Position numbers and translations under genes: made by a program
Notes under the pieces: generated by a model
Told to the model about the DNA's origin: nothing
Databases searched by the model: none
The model's input: only the letters and a program-made list of their open reading frames with translations
Source: the human T2T-CHM13v2.0 reference genome, Homo sapiens
Length of the DNA: 64,000 nt
Strand: one strand, 5' to 3'
NCBI RefSeq assembly: GCF_009914755.1
Contig: NC_060937.1
Part shown: positions 53,961-64,000 of the stretch, one piece after another
Position numbering within the stretch: the first letter of the stretch is position 1
Layout of the letters: every line of letters starts with the position of its first letter

Positions 53961-54054
53961 CAGATGTTGTCTAATGGTCAGAATCCTGCCCCAGAATAAA
54001 ATGCCCTTTCAACTTCTCTGAAAAGGAGCTGGCATAAAGTTGAACAACGGTTCA
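53961..54054 (+). repeat. Direct repeat copy A (intron 3)
   Basis: 81/94 ungapped identity by hand count to 56216-56309. Confidence 0.9.
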
Positions 54055-54731
54055 TGGCCAAGCTATATGAGGTGTCTTCTCTGCTCTAGATTTATCCTCA
54101 TGGAACTAGAAATCCACAATATACCTGATTGTGGTAAAATTGCTAGGTTTGTTTCTCCTTTTGAATAACCTGGAATCCTTCTCTGCAAACTGGAAACCCC
54201 CTTTAAGAAATTTCTTGTATATTTCTGTAAAGCCTTTTAAGATCTGTGGATAAAGACCATCACATTAACGTTATGGTTGGGTAATTTATATCAACAAAAA
54301 TTTACTAGCACAGTCATGACATGGGCTATAATTGAGAATTCTAGTTACGTATTTTAGAATTTAAGCTTTCTCTGGCCCTCACCATTCATTAGAATCTTAA
54401 TTATAATACAACATGAGTAAACACAAGTTTATAGGGGAAGGTTATTAGAAATGAACTTTAATGGACATTTGTGGATGCTGAGGATGAGCTTGGGCTCTAT
54501 TATTAAAGCTATTAAAATCTTTGCCATTTTCTTCTTGTCACACACATCTGCCTGAGATCTGACAGGCATTCATGCTAAACCATAAAATGTATTCTTCCAA
54601 ATGAAACCATTCAGAAGAATCTCTGGTGTATTCTCTGGCAATGTTTCACTAAATGACAAATTCAGCCCTGGAATGTTTATGAAAGAAATTGCACCATAAT
54701 ATAAAGTCACTCTGAATTTTTATTTCCTTAG

Positions 54732-54891
54732 ATAAGAAATATGACTCTCTTGGTAGAGAAGCTTGAGACACTAGACAAAAACAATGTCCTTGCCATTCGC
54801 CGAGAAATCGTGGCTCTGAAGACCAAGCTGAAAGAGTGTGAGGCCTCTAAAGATCAAAACACCCCTGTCGTCCACCCTCCTCCCACTCCAG
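54732..54891 (+). CDS. OLFM4: OLFM4 coding exon 4 (aa 191-244), coiled-coil end with Cys226 and Pro-rich linker
   Basis: Acceptor tttccttag|ATA, translation IRNMTLLVEKLETLDKNNVLAIRREIVALKTKLKECEASKDQNTPVVHPPPTP, donor CAG|GTAAGC. 160 nt, phase 0-1. Confidence 0.98.
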
Positions 54892-55579
54892 GTAAGCATG
54901 CCAGTTTTTTTAACCACTTGTGCCAGACCCCATAAGGAGCTGTGAGTGGGGTGGGGAAGGGATTGGGGATTGCAATGGTGAAAGAAGAAGGTGGGTTTTT
55001 TTTTTTTTTTTTTCAGTTCTCAGTTTTCTCTTCCATGTTTTAAAATTCCCTTCCTCCCAAGTATTCTACATGCTATCATATTCTGGGTTTCAAAGAGGAA
55101 GAGCACAAACAATGAGTTGATTTAAAGCAAAATCCACGAGTTACACGTATTCTCTTTGCATTTTCTAACAGGGAACAAAAATCTCTATGGTGATGGAGGC
55201 CCTATCAGGGGCCTCAGGGGAAAGCCTCTGGAATCTGTGTGTGGCATCCACTTTCCTGTGGAGTTAAGGGCTGATTGGCTCACTTATCTGATGAGCTGGG
55301 TTTATGCCTTTGATGCTGCCATCTTCTCTCTCTCCTTCTGTTTCTCTTTAATTTTTTCTTTTTTCTTCCTATAAATGCATGCTGAGCACCTGCTATATTG
55401 TGTGTCCTGAGATTCAGTGAGGATTAAAGGAATGACCCCACATATCATGTGCTTGTGGGTGTGTCTTGCCATTCCTCATGGATTGTGAGTTCTTGGAGTA
55501 GGGGTGGCATGTTCGTCTTTAATGAATTCTCATTGGGGTTAAGTACAGCACAGAGGTGGGTGTTCTGCAAATATACCCA

Positions 55580-55800
55580 TGAACAGAGGCAGTGGAGTGT
55601 AGGGTACAAGAACATAGCTTTAGAATTCCAAAGACCTGAGCTTCTCAGCTAGGTGGCTGCAGCAAAAAGGATCCTTAATATCCTCATTTGTAAAATGGGA
55701 GAATAATAGTGCCTGCCTTGCAGGGTGGCTGTGGGGATTAATGAGTCAGTGCTTGGGAAGCTCGGAACCTTATGATCGGCACTCACACGCTGGCAATGGA
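55580..55800 (+). mobile_element. MIR (representative; similar fragments near 7.3, 11.4-11.7, 12.2, 16.5, 42.2, 45.2, 48.4, 49.2 and 58.4 kb)
   Basis: MIR core: tcctcatttgtaaaatgggagaataatagtgcctgccttgcagggtggctgtggggattaa. Confidence 0.75.
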
Positions 55801-56215
55801 TATTGTTAATAATGTTGATAATTGAAGCGAAAGCCTTGCAGCAAAACAAAAGCAGTGCCAGATTACTGTGCCCTGCAATGCATTCCTTCAGGTAAACTAA
55901 AGCCTCTCAGCCACAGTGTTCAGCCCCATCCTTTAGAGATATCAATGACACAGGGACCTTCTCTCTGCAGGTCCTGAGCATCTTAGCCTGAGTGGGGACT
56001 GTATCTTTTCATCAAATCATGCAATCCTTTTATTTTTATGAATTCCAATCCTCACACCTGCTTTCTTTTAGACTGTGTTTCTGGATTATTGTCATTGTAA
56101 CTGATTTTTTAAGGCTTCAATTATTAAATAGGTATAGCCATAGATATAAGCCTCTTGGTCTTCTTCAGGTGGATTTTTTTCCTCCCTCTGCAAATAGGAG
56201 TGTGTCCTACTATGA

Positions 56216-56309
56216 CAGGTGTCATCTAATGGTTAGAATCCTGCCCCAGAATGAAATGGCCTTTCAACTTCTCCAGAAAGGAGGTGACATAAATTTGAAC
56301 AACTGTTCA
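56216..56309 (+). repeat. Direct repeat copy B (intron 4)
   Basis: 81/94 ungapped identity by hand count to 53961-54054. Confidence 0.9.
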
Positions 56310-59300
56310 AATTTCGCATCCTGCATAGGAGGTTTAGGGCAGACAACATGGTCTGTCCTCTGTAATAAACTAAGGCTAAATTTAGTCTGGGATTAGTGGT
56401 GCAAAAATGTAGCAAATGAGAGCTGTTTCTGGTGGACCACAGAGGACTCACTGAGGCAGAGGCTGAAGCAATGACAACTCCTGATAATCCCTGAACGAGC
56501 TCCCCAACACCCCTTGCAAATCCTCCTCATGGAATAGATTTTTCTGGCACAATTTTCTATGCATCCCTTAGAATGAGGACATTTTAGATGAAGGAATATT
56601 CAGGGCCATCTAACTTAGCCTCGTCTTGTCTCAGAGGAGAAGACGTGGATGGTAAGAACGCTGCTTTTCCTGAGGCCACACAAGTAGTTAATGACAGAGC
56701 AGAAGCTGCAAGGCAAGGGTCTTTGCTCCCTGGTCAGTTCAGGACCGAAGGTGTCAGGCAGCAGTAATCCAAGGACAACGGTGGGGAGAAAATGCATTGC
56801 TTAGTATCCAGGGAAGAAAACAAGTGAGCCTGTTGGGTTGTTTTTGTTGGATTTTTTTTTTCCCAGAACTTTCCCCTAGGCCCTCACACTTAGACTTCTG
56901 TGATCCATCCTAGCCCAGCTGTGTTGTTTAAGCAAATTGGACCCAGATTTTTACTCACTTTCCCACAACCTTGGCTGTACCTGAATCCCTGCCAAGCCAC
57001 TTGGCTCTCTTCCAGCTTTGTTCATATTATATTTATGATGTTTATATTAAACTGACTTTTGGTCATGTTTTTAAATCAATTTCTTTCACTTGCTCTCTTT
57101 CTGTTTGGATTGGTTGATAATGCAGAATTGGAAAATCCCCAAGCACCACAAACTTGTGAGCCTGTGGAGACTTTAATTAAAGTTATTCTCTATTATGGGA
57201 CTTTAAAATCTGGCCTGTCTGCTTTTTTCACTGCAGAGTTGCACAGAATAAAAAAGACTATATGCAAGTCTCAGCTCTAAAGTAACTCTGCGCTCTCTGG
57301 GCCCCCTCCCTTATAGCTACAGTTTGCTGACCCAGTGGTCAGCTTGAACTTAGAACAAGTGAATGTATCCCAGGTTCAATAAAATATGCTTCCTATTTGG
57401 TTTTTGCTACAAACAACGTCCTTTTTCTGCCTCATTTCATAGAACTTTCTAATCTAAAATAATTGGCCTTCTACTCATTAACTTTTTTCCCTTAAAACTT
57501 CAGTCTGTCTCTGTTTTGCCTGTGAATCTAAATGACTGTATATAGGCCAAATGTGATCGGGTGCTCAGGGGTTGATCTCCAGTTTGCTTGGGGATGCAAG
57601 GTTCTATGCTGGTCCATAGTGATGCTCAGTAAGTAGCTGATGATTAAATGGGGTCTGAAAGAAATGGGGTGACCTGCTAAAATCTCAAGCTTAGGGAAGA
57701 GCCACATGTTGAACAGCATATATCCAACACTTCAGAGTCAATTTAGTCTTAATCATTTTATGACTATGATTGTTTTAATTGCCTAATTCTTATAAGTCAA
57801 TCATATTCTCCTCCTGGCTCAAACAAAGTTCAGTTGCCCAGTTGAGAGAGTGCATTAATAGATCCAAGACTAATTTTCCTCTGTAGGCATATAATTATTG
57901 GCTTCAAAAAAATGCTACTAACCATGATACTTTTAAAAAGCCAAGTCAGAATATTTTAAATTCTCATGATTATGGCTTCCTCAGGTATTTTCAGAGTACC
58001 ATGGTGCCATCTAATGAATTGCATGATGAAGAGAGTGCCAACCAAGGCTAAACTTCTATAGAGGGTTCCTCAAATTATGTTCCATGGAGTAAATGCCAGG
58101 CTTTTTGAAAAACCAGATATGTAGCAGGGTAGAAGGCTAGTGTTTTATAAATAAGGGTAAGCTGAGTTTAGGTGACTTGATTAATCTTTCATTCCTTTAT
58201 TCCACAAACATAATTTGGTGCCACTGTGTGGCTGGCCCTGTTCTGGGTACTGGGGTTACCAGCATGAGTAAAGAAACCTCCAGAAGCCACTATCTAGGAA
58301 ATGAGACATCTAAACCTCCAGTTGTAACATGATGTGATTATATTGAGATATTTACCATTTACTGAGTAACATTTACATGTCTTCTCTGTATTTTTCGTAA
58401 CTATTTTGCAGAGTTGGTATTATTTTTCTTCTGACATGAGGAAACTGAGGCTCAGAAGGTTAAGTAACTTGCTCAAGGATACACAACTACTGTTGGAATC
58501 AGGCTTTGAATTAGAATCTGTCTAGTAGTATTTTCCATACTAGGCTGCCTTCCATAGCTGCTCTAACAGAGAGGTGCACCTGTGATTTCTGGAGTGAAAA
58601 GAAAATTCCAACAACTCACCTATCTGCTTAACACCAAATTATTTTTGCTTCCTTGGTAGTGGAGTAGGTAAAAGGGTACTGTTGTTCCTGACAGTTCTGT
58701 GCTGTGTGTTCTCTTCCACCAGAAAATGCAAAATGATTCAATGGTCTTTCAGAATTCTTGGATCATGATTGGGCAATGGGCTGTTGCCCAAGTGTCAGGG
58801 TGAAATTGGGATGGAAACTGGGTATGAAGTATGGAATGAAGTATGTCTAAGACCTTGACATGAAGGAAGGGGCTGGCAAGGAGCATGAGATAAGGGAGGG
58901 TGGTGAGAAGCTCAGTGAAGATGGGATGGGGGGATGGGGACTCTGAGGAACAGTGGGCACTGGACTGGCTGTCAGTTTCAGTATCGTGTCCAAGATGGTT
59001 TGCTGCCAGGAGTCGAGGAAGCCCGCCATAGCATTTTTCCTGGTCTGACATTGTTGTGGCCACATTTGTAGCATTGGCAGCAATGTTGAGTTCTCATCCC
59101 CATTTCCACTTCCTTTCTACCACAGCCGGGGCCCTAAAAATAGCCCTTTATCCTTACCCATAGAGGATAAAAGGAGGATAACAAATGAACAGGAAAGTGT
59201 TTAGGAATGTTTGGGAGGTGAGAAAAACAAAGTTTCATACATTTTAATATTTACACTGGGCAATTTGAATTTTCTGGTCAACTTATGAAATGATGAGCCA

Positions 59301-61592
59301 CTATTACTATTAGTAGTAGTAACAATAGTAATAGTACTAATACTATTATACTAATAATAATGCAATTAGTTTTATGATAATAGCAGTAGTAATAGTAATT
59401 TTTTGAGAAGTTTATTTTGGTTCCTTCATGTCTAAAAATTTCCACATCTGGGGACAGAATAGTTTAACCTCTTGGTAGTGCTTGAATAAGTTATATGCAT
59501 CATCAATTTTCCTTAAATATTTTGTTGCTGTCGGTTTGGGATATTTTCTTTTCAGGAAGGCAAGACTCAATGAAGCAAACAATTATTGTCTTCCAACCTG
59601 AAAGAAAAAAAAGTGACTTTCCTCAGAGTGAAATGTAGTTAAATAAATAAGTTCTCAGGAAGATACTTTAGCTAGAAAATCCAGTTTGTAGCATATGGAA
59701 ACTTGAACAGTTTTTGTTATCATTAAACTGAACACACCGCTAACTTTATTTTAATAATTCATGCATTGTTTCATAAACAAAAGCAAACAAGCATTCATCT
59801 GAGAGATCACTTTTAGTAGAAGAAATAATAATTTATAATTTTATTTATTATTTCTTCAGTGGAGAATAGTCTCTTGGCTGAAAACACGTTGCTTTTTTAT
59901 TTATGAAATGGCACATGCATTATTAAAATAAACCTGTGACTGTGTTCTGCTTAATGATATGCAAAATTATTTGAGGTTGGATACAGAGTGGTTTCATTTC
60001 TCTACCTGTTGTATGGTTGGCTGGCTTTCTCACCAACTGTGGATTTATGAGAGCATTTAAGGAGCATATATTTAATTCTGGGACCAAAAAGCCCCAGCCG
60101 ATTGGAAAAATAAAAACAGAATTTCTAGTAATGGTTTCACCTTTGAGCAGTCCTTGGGTGAGGAGGATGGGGAGGGAAAGCATTTAGCAAGGAAAGGAAT
60201 GGGTCTTTCCATATTGGACACAGCAGAGACCCAGAGACAAAGGCTTTGCTCCCCCTTCCCCGCCTCCATGCTAATCTCAGGCAATTCTTTGGAGCTCTGC
60301 TTTTGGCTCCAGCTCACCTCATGTTCCTCAATGGCTCTCTGAGTCCCTGCAAGTATTTCAAGCCAAATCCAACAATTCAGGTTCTGCTCCTTTCCTGTCT
60401 CACCTGCTCTGCTCTGAGCAGCAGGACGAGGGAAAATGACCTCAAATATACTTGAAGTTGGGTTTTCTTTGTTATCCAATAAACCATCTCATGAGTTTTT
60501 TTGAGTGTTAAGATCCCAGAAAATGTGTGTTCAACTCTTTGGATAGTTATTATAAAAATACTGGAGGAACTTTATTTTATTTTTATAGCTCATAAACTCC
60601 TGGGATGGCAGGCATTTCAGCGGGAGTACAATGTGAAGGGTTGATCGCCCAGACTGAGTTATTTACCCAAGTGTTACAGGGAATGTAGATTCAGTGGACC
60701 AGTGAATCTTGTCCCACTTGATTCTACACATTGTGACAATGACAGTGTCTGGATGGAAAGATGAAATACTTGCATGTCATTCTATGGCACAATAGCATAT
60801 GGGTTATGAACAGCAGGACTCACCATGTAACTCTGCAGCAGGACGGTCAGCAAGTGATTTATTGATGGGCTGTGCATTGGGTACGGAGCAGGCAATGTTG
60901 CCCCAAAATAACTTTATGGCTTCTCAAGGGTGAAATCCCACCATTATAGGACCATCTTTCTGGATCTATAAAATGCTATATTTAAAACATCCTCTTCTGA
61001 GAATAGCTTAAAGCAGGATTGGTACCTGGCGTGGATGTGCAATTGGGGGTCCCAAGGAAGGGGAGAGTGAGGAAGGGCATGAAGCCTTGCCTGGGAAAAT
61101 CTTCTCCCTCATCACTATTCTTTCTGGGATAGATTTCTATAAATCTTGTGGATTTATAGAAATAGGGTAGGATTGTGGAATAATCTTGCTTCCTTGATTT
61201 TGCTATAAGAAAAACAAAACAAGATAATATTTGCAAAATGCTTTCTGATAGAAGGAAATATATTAAATTCACCAAGTCTCCCTTTCCTCTCTCTGGGCCT
61301 CCAAACTTTTTAAATATAGTTCTTGCTGGTTTCATTATTCCTATTTTCCAGATTGAAAGCCCACCCATGGAAACAGAATGTAGTTCTCTGTAGAGCTGAC
61401 ATTGGGTTTGCATTGAGACTGAATGCACTGAACTAAGAGGAGGTTTGGCTCTTCTCCATCAGAACCACTGTTGTTATTGAACCTTGACAGGAAAAATATT
61501 TATAGATTCCTTTGGTGCTTAGGATATTAAACTATTTGTATCCTGTCATTCCTTTTCTCTAAAAATGCCTTTTTATTTTCTTGTTTGTATAG

Positions 61593-62395
61593 GGAGCTGT
61601 GGTCATGGTGGTGTGGTGAACATCAGCAAACCGTCTGTGGTTCAGCTCAACTGGAGAGGGTTTTCTTATCTATATGGTGCTTGGGGTAGGGATTACTCTC
61701 CCCAGCATCCAAACAAAGGACTGTATTGGGTGGCGCCATTGAATACAGATGGGAGACTGTTGGAGTATTATAGACTGTACAACACACTGGATGATTTGCT
61801 ATTGTATATAAATGCTCGAGAGTTGCGGATCACCTATGGCCAAGGTAGTGGTACAGCAGTTTACAACAACAACATGTACGTCAACATGTACAACACCGGG
61901 AATATTGCCAGAGTTAACCTGACCACCAACACGATTGCTGTGACTCAAACTCTCCCTAATGCTGCCTATAATAACCGCTTTTCATATGCTAATGTTGCTT
62001 GGCAAGATATTGACTTTGCTGTGGATGAGAATGGATTGTGGGTTATTTATTCAACTGAAGCCAGCACTGGTAACATGGTGATTAGTAAACTCAATGACAC
62101 CACACTTCAGGTGCTAAACACTTGGTATACCAAGCAGTATAAACCATCTGCTTCTAACGCCTTCATGGTATGTGGGGTTCTGTATGCCACCCGTACTATG
62201 AACACCAGAACAGAAGAGATTTTTTACTATTATGACACAAACACAGGGAAAGAGGGCAAACTAGACATTGTAATGCATAAGATGCAGGAAAAAGTGCAGA
62301 GCATTAACTATAACCCTTTTGACCAGAAACTTTATGTCTATAACGATGGTTACCTTCTGAATTATGATCTTTCTGTCTTGCAGAAGCCCCAGTAA
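61593..62395 (+). CDS. OLFM4: OLFM4 coding exon 5: entire olfactomedin beta-propeller domain (aa 244-510) and stop
   Basis: Acceptor ttgtttgtatag|GG. Olfactomedin motifs [40 protein letters not shown] and [19 protein letters not shown] ends at 62395. Exon sum 204+153+213+160+803=1533 nt. Confidence 0.99.
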
Positions 62396-63680
62396 GCTGT
62401 TTAGGAGTTAGGGTGAAAGAGAAAATGTTTGTTGAAAAAATAGTCTTCTCCACTTACTTAGATATCTGCAGGGGTGTCTAAAAGTGTGTTCATTTTGCAG
62501 CAATGTTTAGGTGCATAGTTCTACCACACTAGAGATCTAGGACATTTGTCTTGATTTGGTGAGTTCTCTTGGGAATCATCTGCCTCTTCAGGCGCATTTT
62601 GCAATAAAGTCTGTCTAGGGTGGGATTGTCAGAGGTCTAGGGGCACTGTGGGCCTAGTGAAGCCTACTGTGAGGAGGCTTCACTAGAAGCCTTAAATTAG
62701 GAATTAAGGAACTTAAAACTCAGTATGGCGTCTAGGGATTCTTTGTACAGGAAATATTGCCCAATGACTAGTCCTCATCCATGTAGCACCACTAATTCTT
62801 CCATGCCTGGAAGAAACCTGGGGACTTAGTTAGGTAGATTAATATCTGGAGCTCCTCGAGGGACCAAATCTCCAACTTTTTTTTCCCCTCACTAGCACCT
62901 GGAATGATGCTTTGTATGTGGCAGATAAGTAAATTTGGCATGCTTATATATTCTACATCTGTAAAGTGCTGAGTTTTATGGAGAGAGGCCTTTTTATGCA
63001 TTAAATTGTACATGGCAAATAAATCCCAGAAGGATCTGTAGATGAGGCACCTGCTTTTTCTTTTCTCTCATTGTCCACCTTACTAAAAGTCAGTAGAATC
63101 TTCTACCTCATAACTTCCTTCCAAAGGCAGCTCAGAAGATTAGAACCAGACTTACTAACCAATTCCACCCCCCACCAACCCCCTTCTACTGCCTACTTTA
63201 AAAAAATTAATAGTTTTCTATGGAACTGATCTAAGATTAGAAAAATTAATTTTCTTTAATTTCATTATGGACTTTTATTTACATGACTCTAAGACTATAA
63301 GAAAATCTGATGGCAGTGACAAAGTGCTAGCATTTATTGTTATCTAATAAAGACCTTGGAGCATATGTGCAACTTATGAGTGTATCAGTTGTTGCATGTA
63401 ATTTTTGCCTTTGTTTAAGCCTGGAACTTGTAAGAAAATGAAAATTTAATTTTTTTTTCTAGGACGAGCTATAGAAAAGCTATTGAGAGTATCTAGTTAA
63501 TCAGTGCAGTAGTTGGAAACCTTGCTGGTGTATGTGATGTGCTTCTGTGCTTTTGAATGACTTTATCATCTAGTCTTTGTCTATTTTTCCTTTGATGTTC
63601 AAGTCCTAGTCTATAGGATTGGCAGTTTAAATGCTTTACTCCCCCTTTTAAAATAAATGATTAAAATGTGCTTTGAAAAA
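62396..63680 (+). other. OLFM4: OLFM4 3'UTR (3' end approximate)
   Basis: Follows the stop codon, is AT-rich and free of recognisable repeats. The distal AATAAA at 63652 is followed by a U-rich tract at ~63688-63717. Confidence 0.8.
63652..63657 (+). terminator. Probable major polyadenylation signal
   Basis: AATAAA with downstream U/GU-rich element (TTTTGTTTTATTT). Further AATAAA at 62603, 63018 and 63346. Confidence 0.8.
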
Positions 63681-64000
63681 AGTCATCTTTTGTTTTATTT
63701 CATTTTAATTTTTTTTTAAAGCTCTTAACAGGGTAGTCCATATCTTGCTATGAGGTTGGGAGAATGGCTACCTCCCAAACACTAGTGCGGGGAGATTGCA
63801 CACCTAACAACAGATCACATCAATAACTTTTATAAGAGCCCAGAGTTAGGCTGGCTCTTTCATTTTTCTTTCCCTTTAAAATCCACTCTTTCTGGCAGCT
63901 TTTATTGTACATGACTGCCCTATTATCTTTTGGGATATGACCTTATGTACTTATTAATTTGCATGACTGATCTGATTATTTCCAATGCTAGACTACATTT

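Noticed and set aside
59300-59400. 12-bp inverted repeat in a (TAG/TAA)n tract
   Set aside because: Self-complementarity is expected in this low-complexity sequence.
61565-61592. ATG-initiated N-terminal extension of the 276-aa ORF
   Set aside because: It is the polypyrimidine tract and acceptor of exon 5 read in frame; there is no evidence of an internal promoter.

Overview
Human-type (primate) genomic DNA, judged from AluJ/S/Y, THE1 and L1PA elements and from a protein I recognise as human OLFM4 (13q14.3, from established knowledge). The window holds the complete olfactomedin-4 gene on the + strand. Five coding exons (40431-40634, 45975-46127, 53537-53749, 54732-54891, 61593-62395) are all joined by GT-AG introns and total 1533 nt, or 510 aa plus stop. 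A TATA/NF-kB/AP-1/RBPJ-type promoter lies upstream and a ~1.3 kb 3'UTR downstream. The first 40 kb has no credible coding gene; it is interspersed repeats plus a few repeat-free, homeobox-motif-rich islands. No novel multi-gene system is supported. The most unusual signals are small. They are (i) a composite templated insertion plus fold-back inside an old DNA transposon at ~16.8 kb, (ii) a 94-bp direct repeat flanking exon 4, (iii) a recursive-splice-type AG|GTGAGG at the start of exon 3, (iv) a palindrome-seeded minisatellite at 21.5 kb, (v) an AluY with an internal 32-bp duplication and (vi) a perfect 12-bp hairpin in the 3'UTR. Repeat subfamily names are by eye from remembered consensus sequences, and their boundaries are approximate unless target-site duplications (TSDs) are cited.
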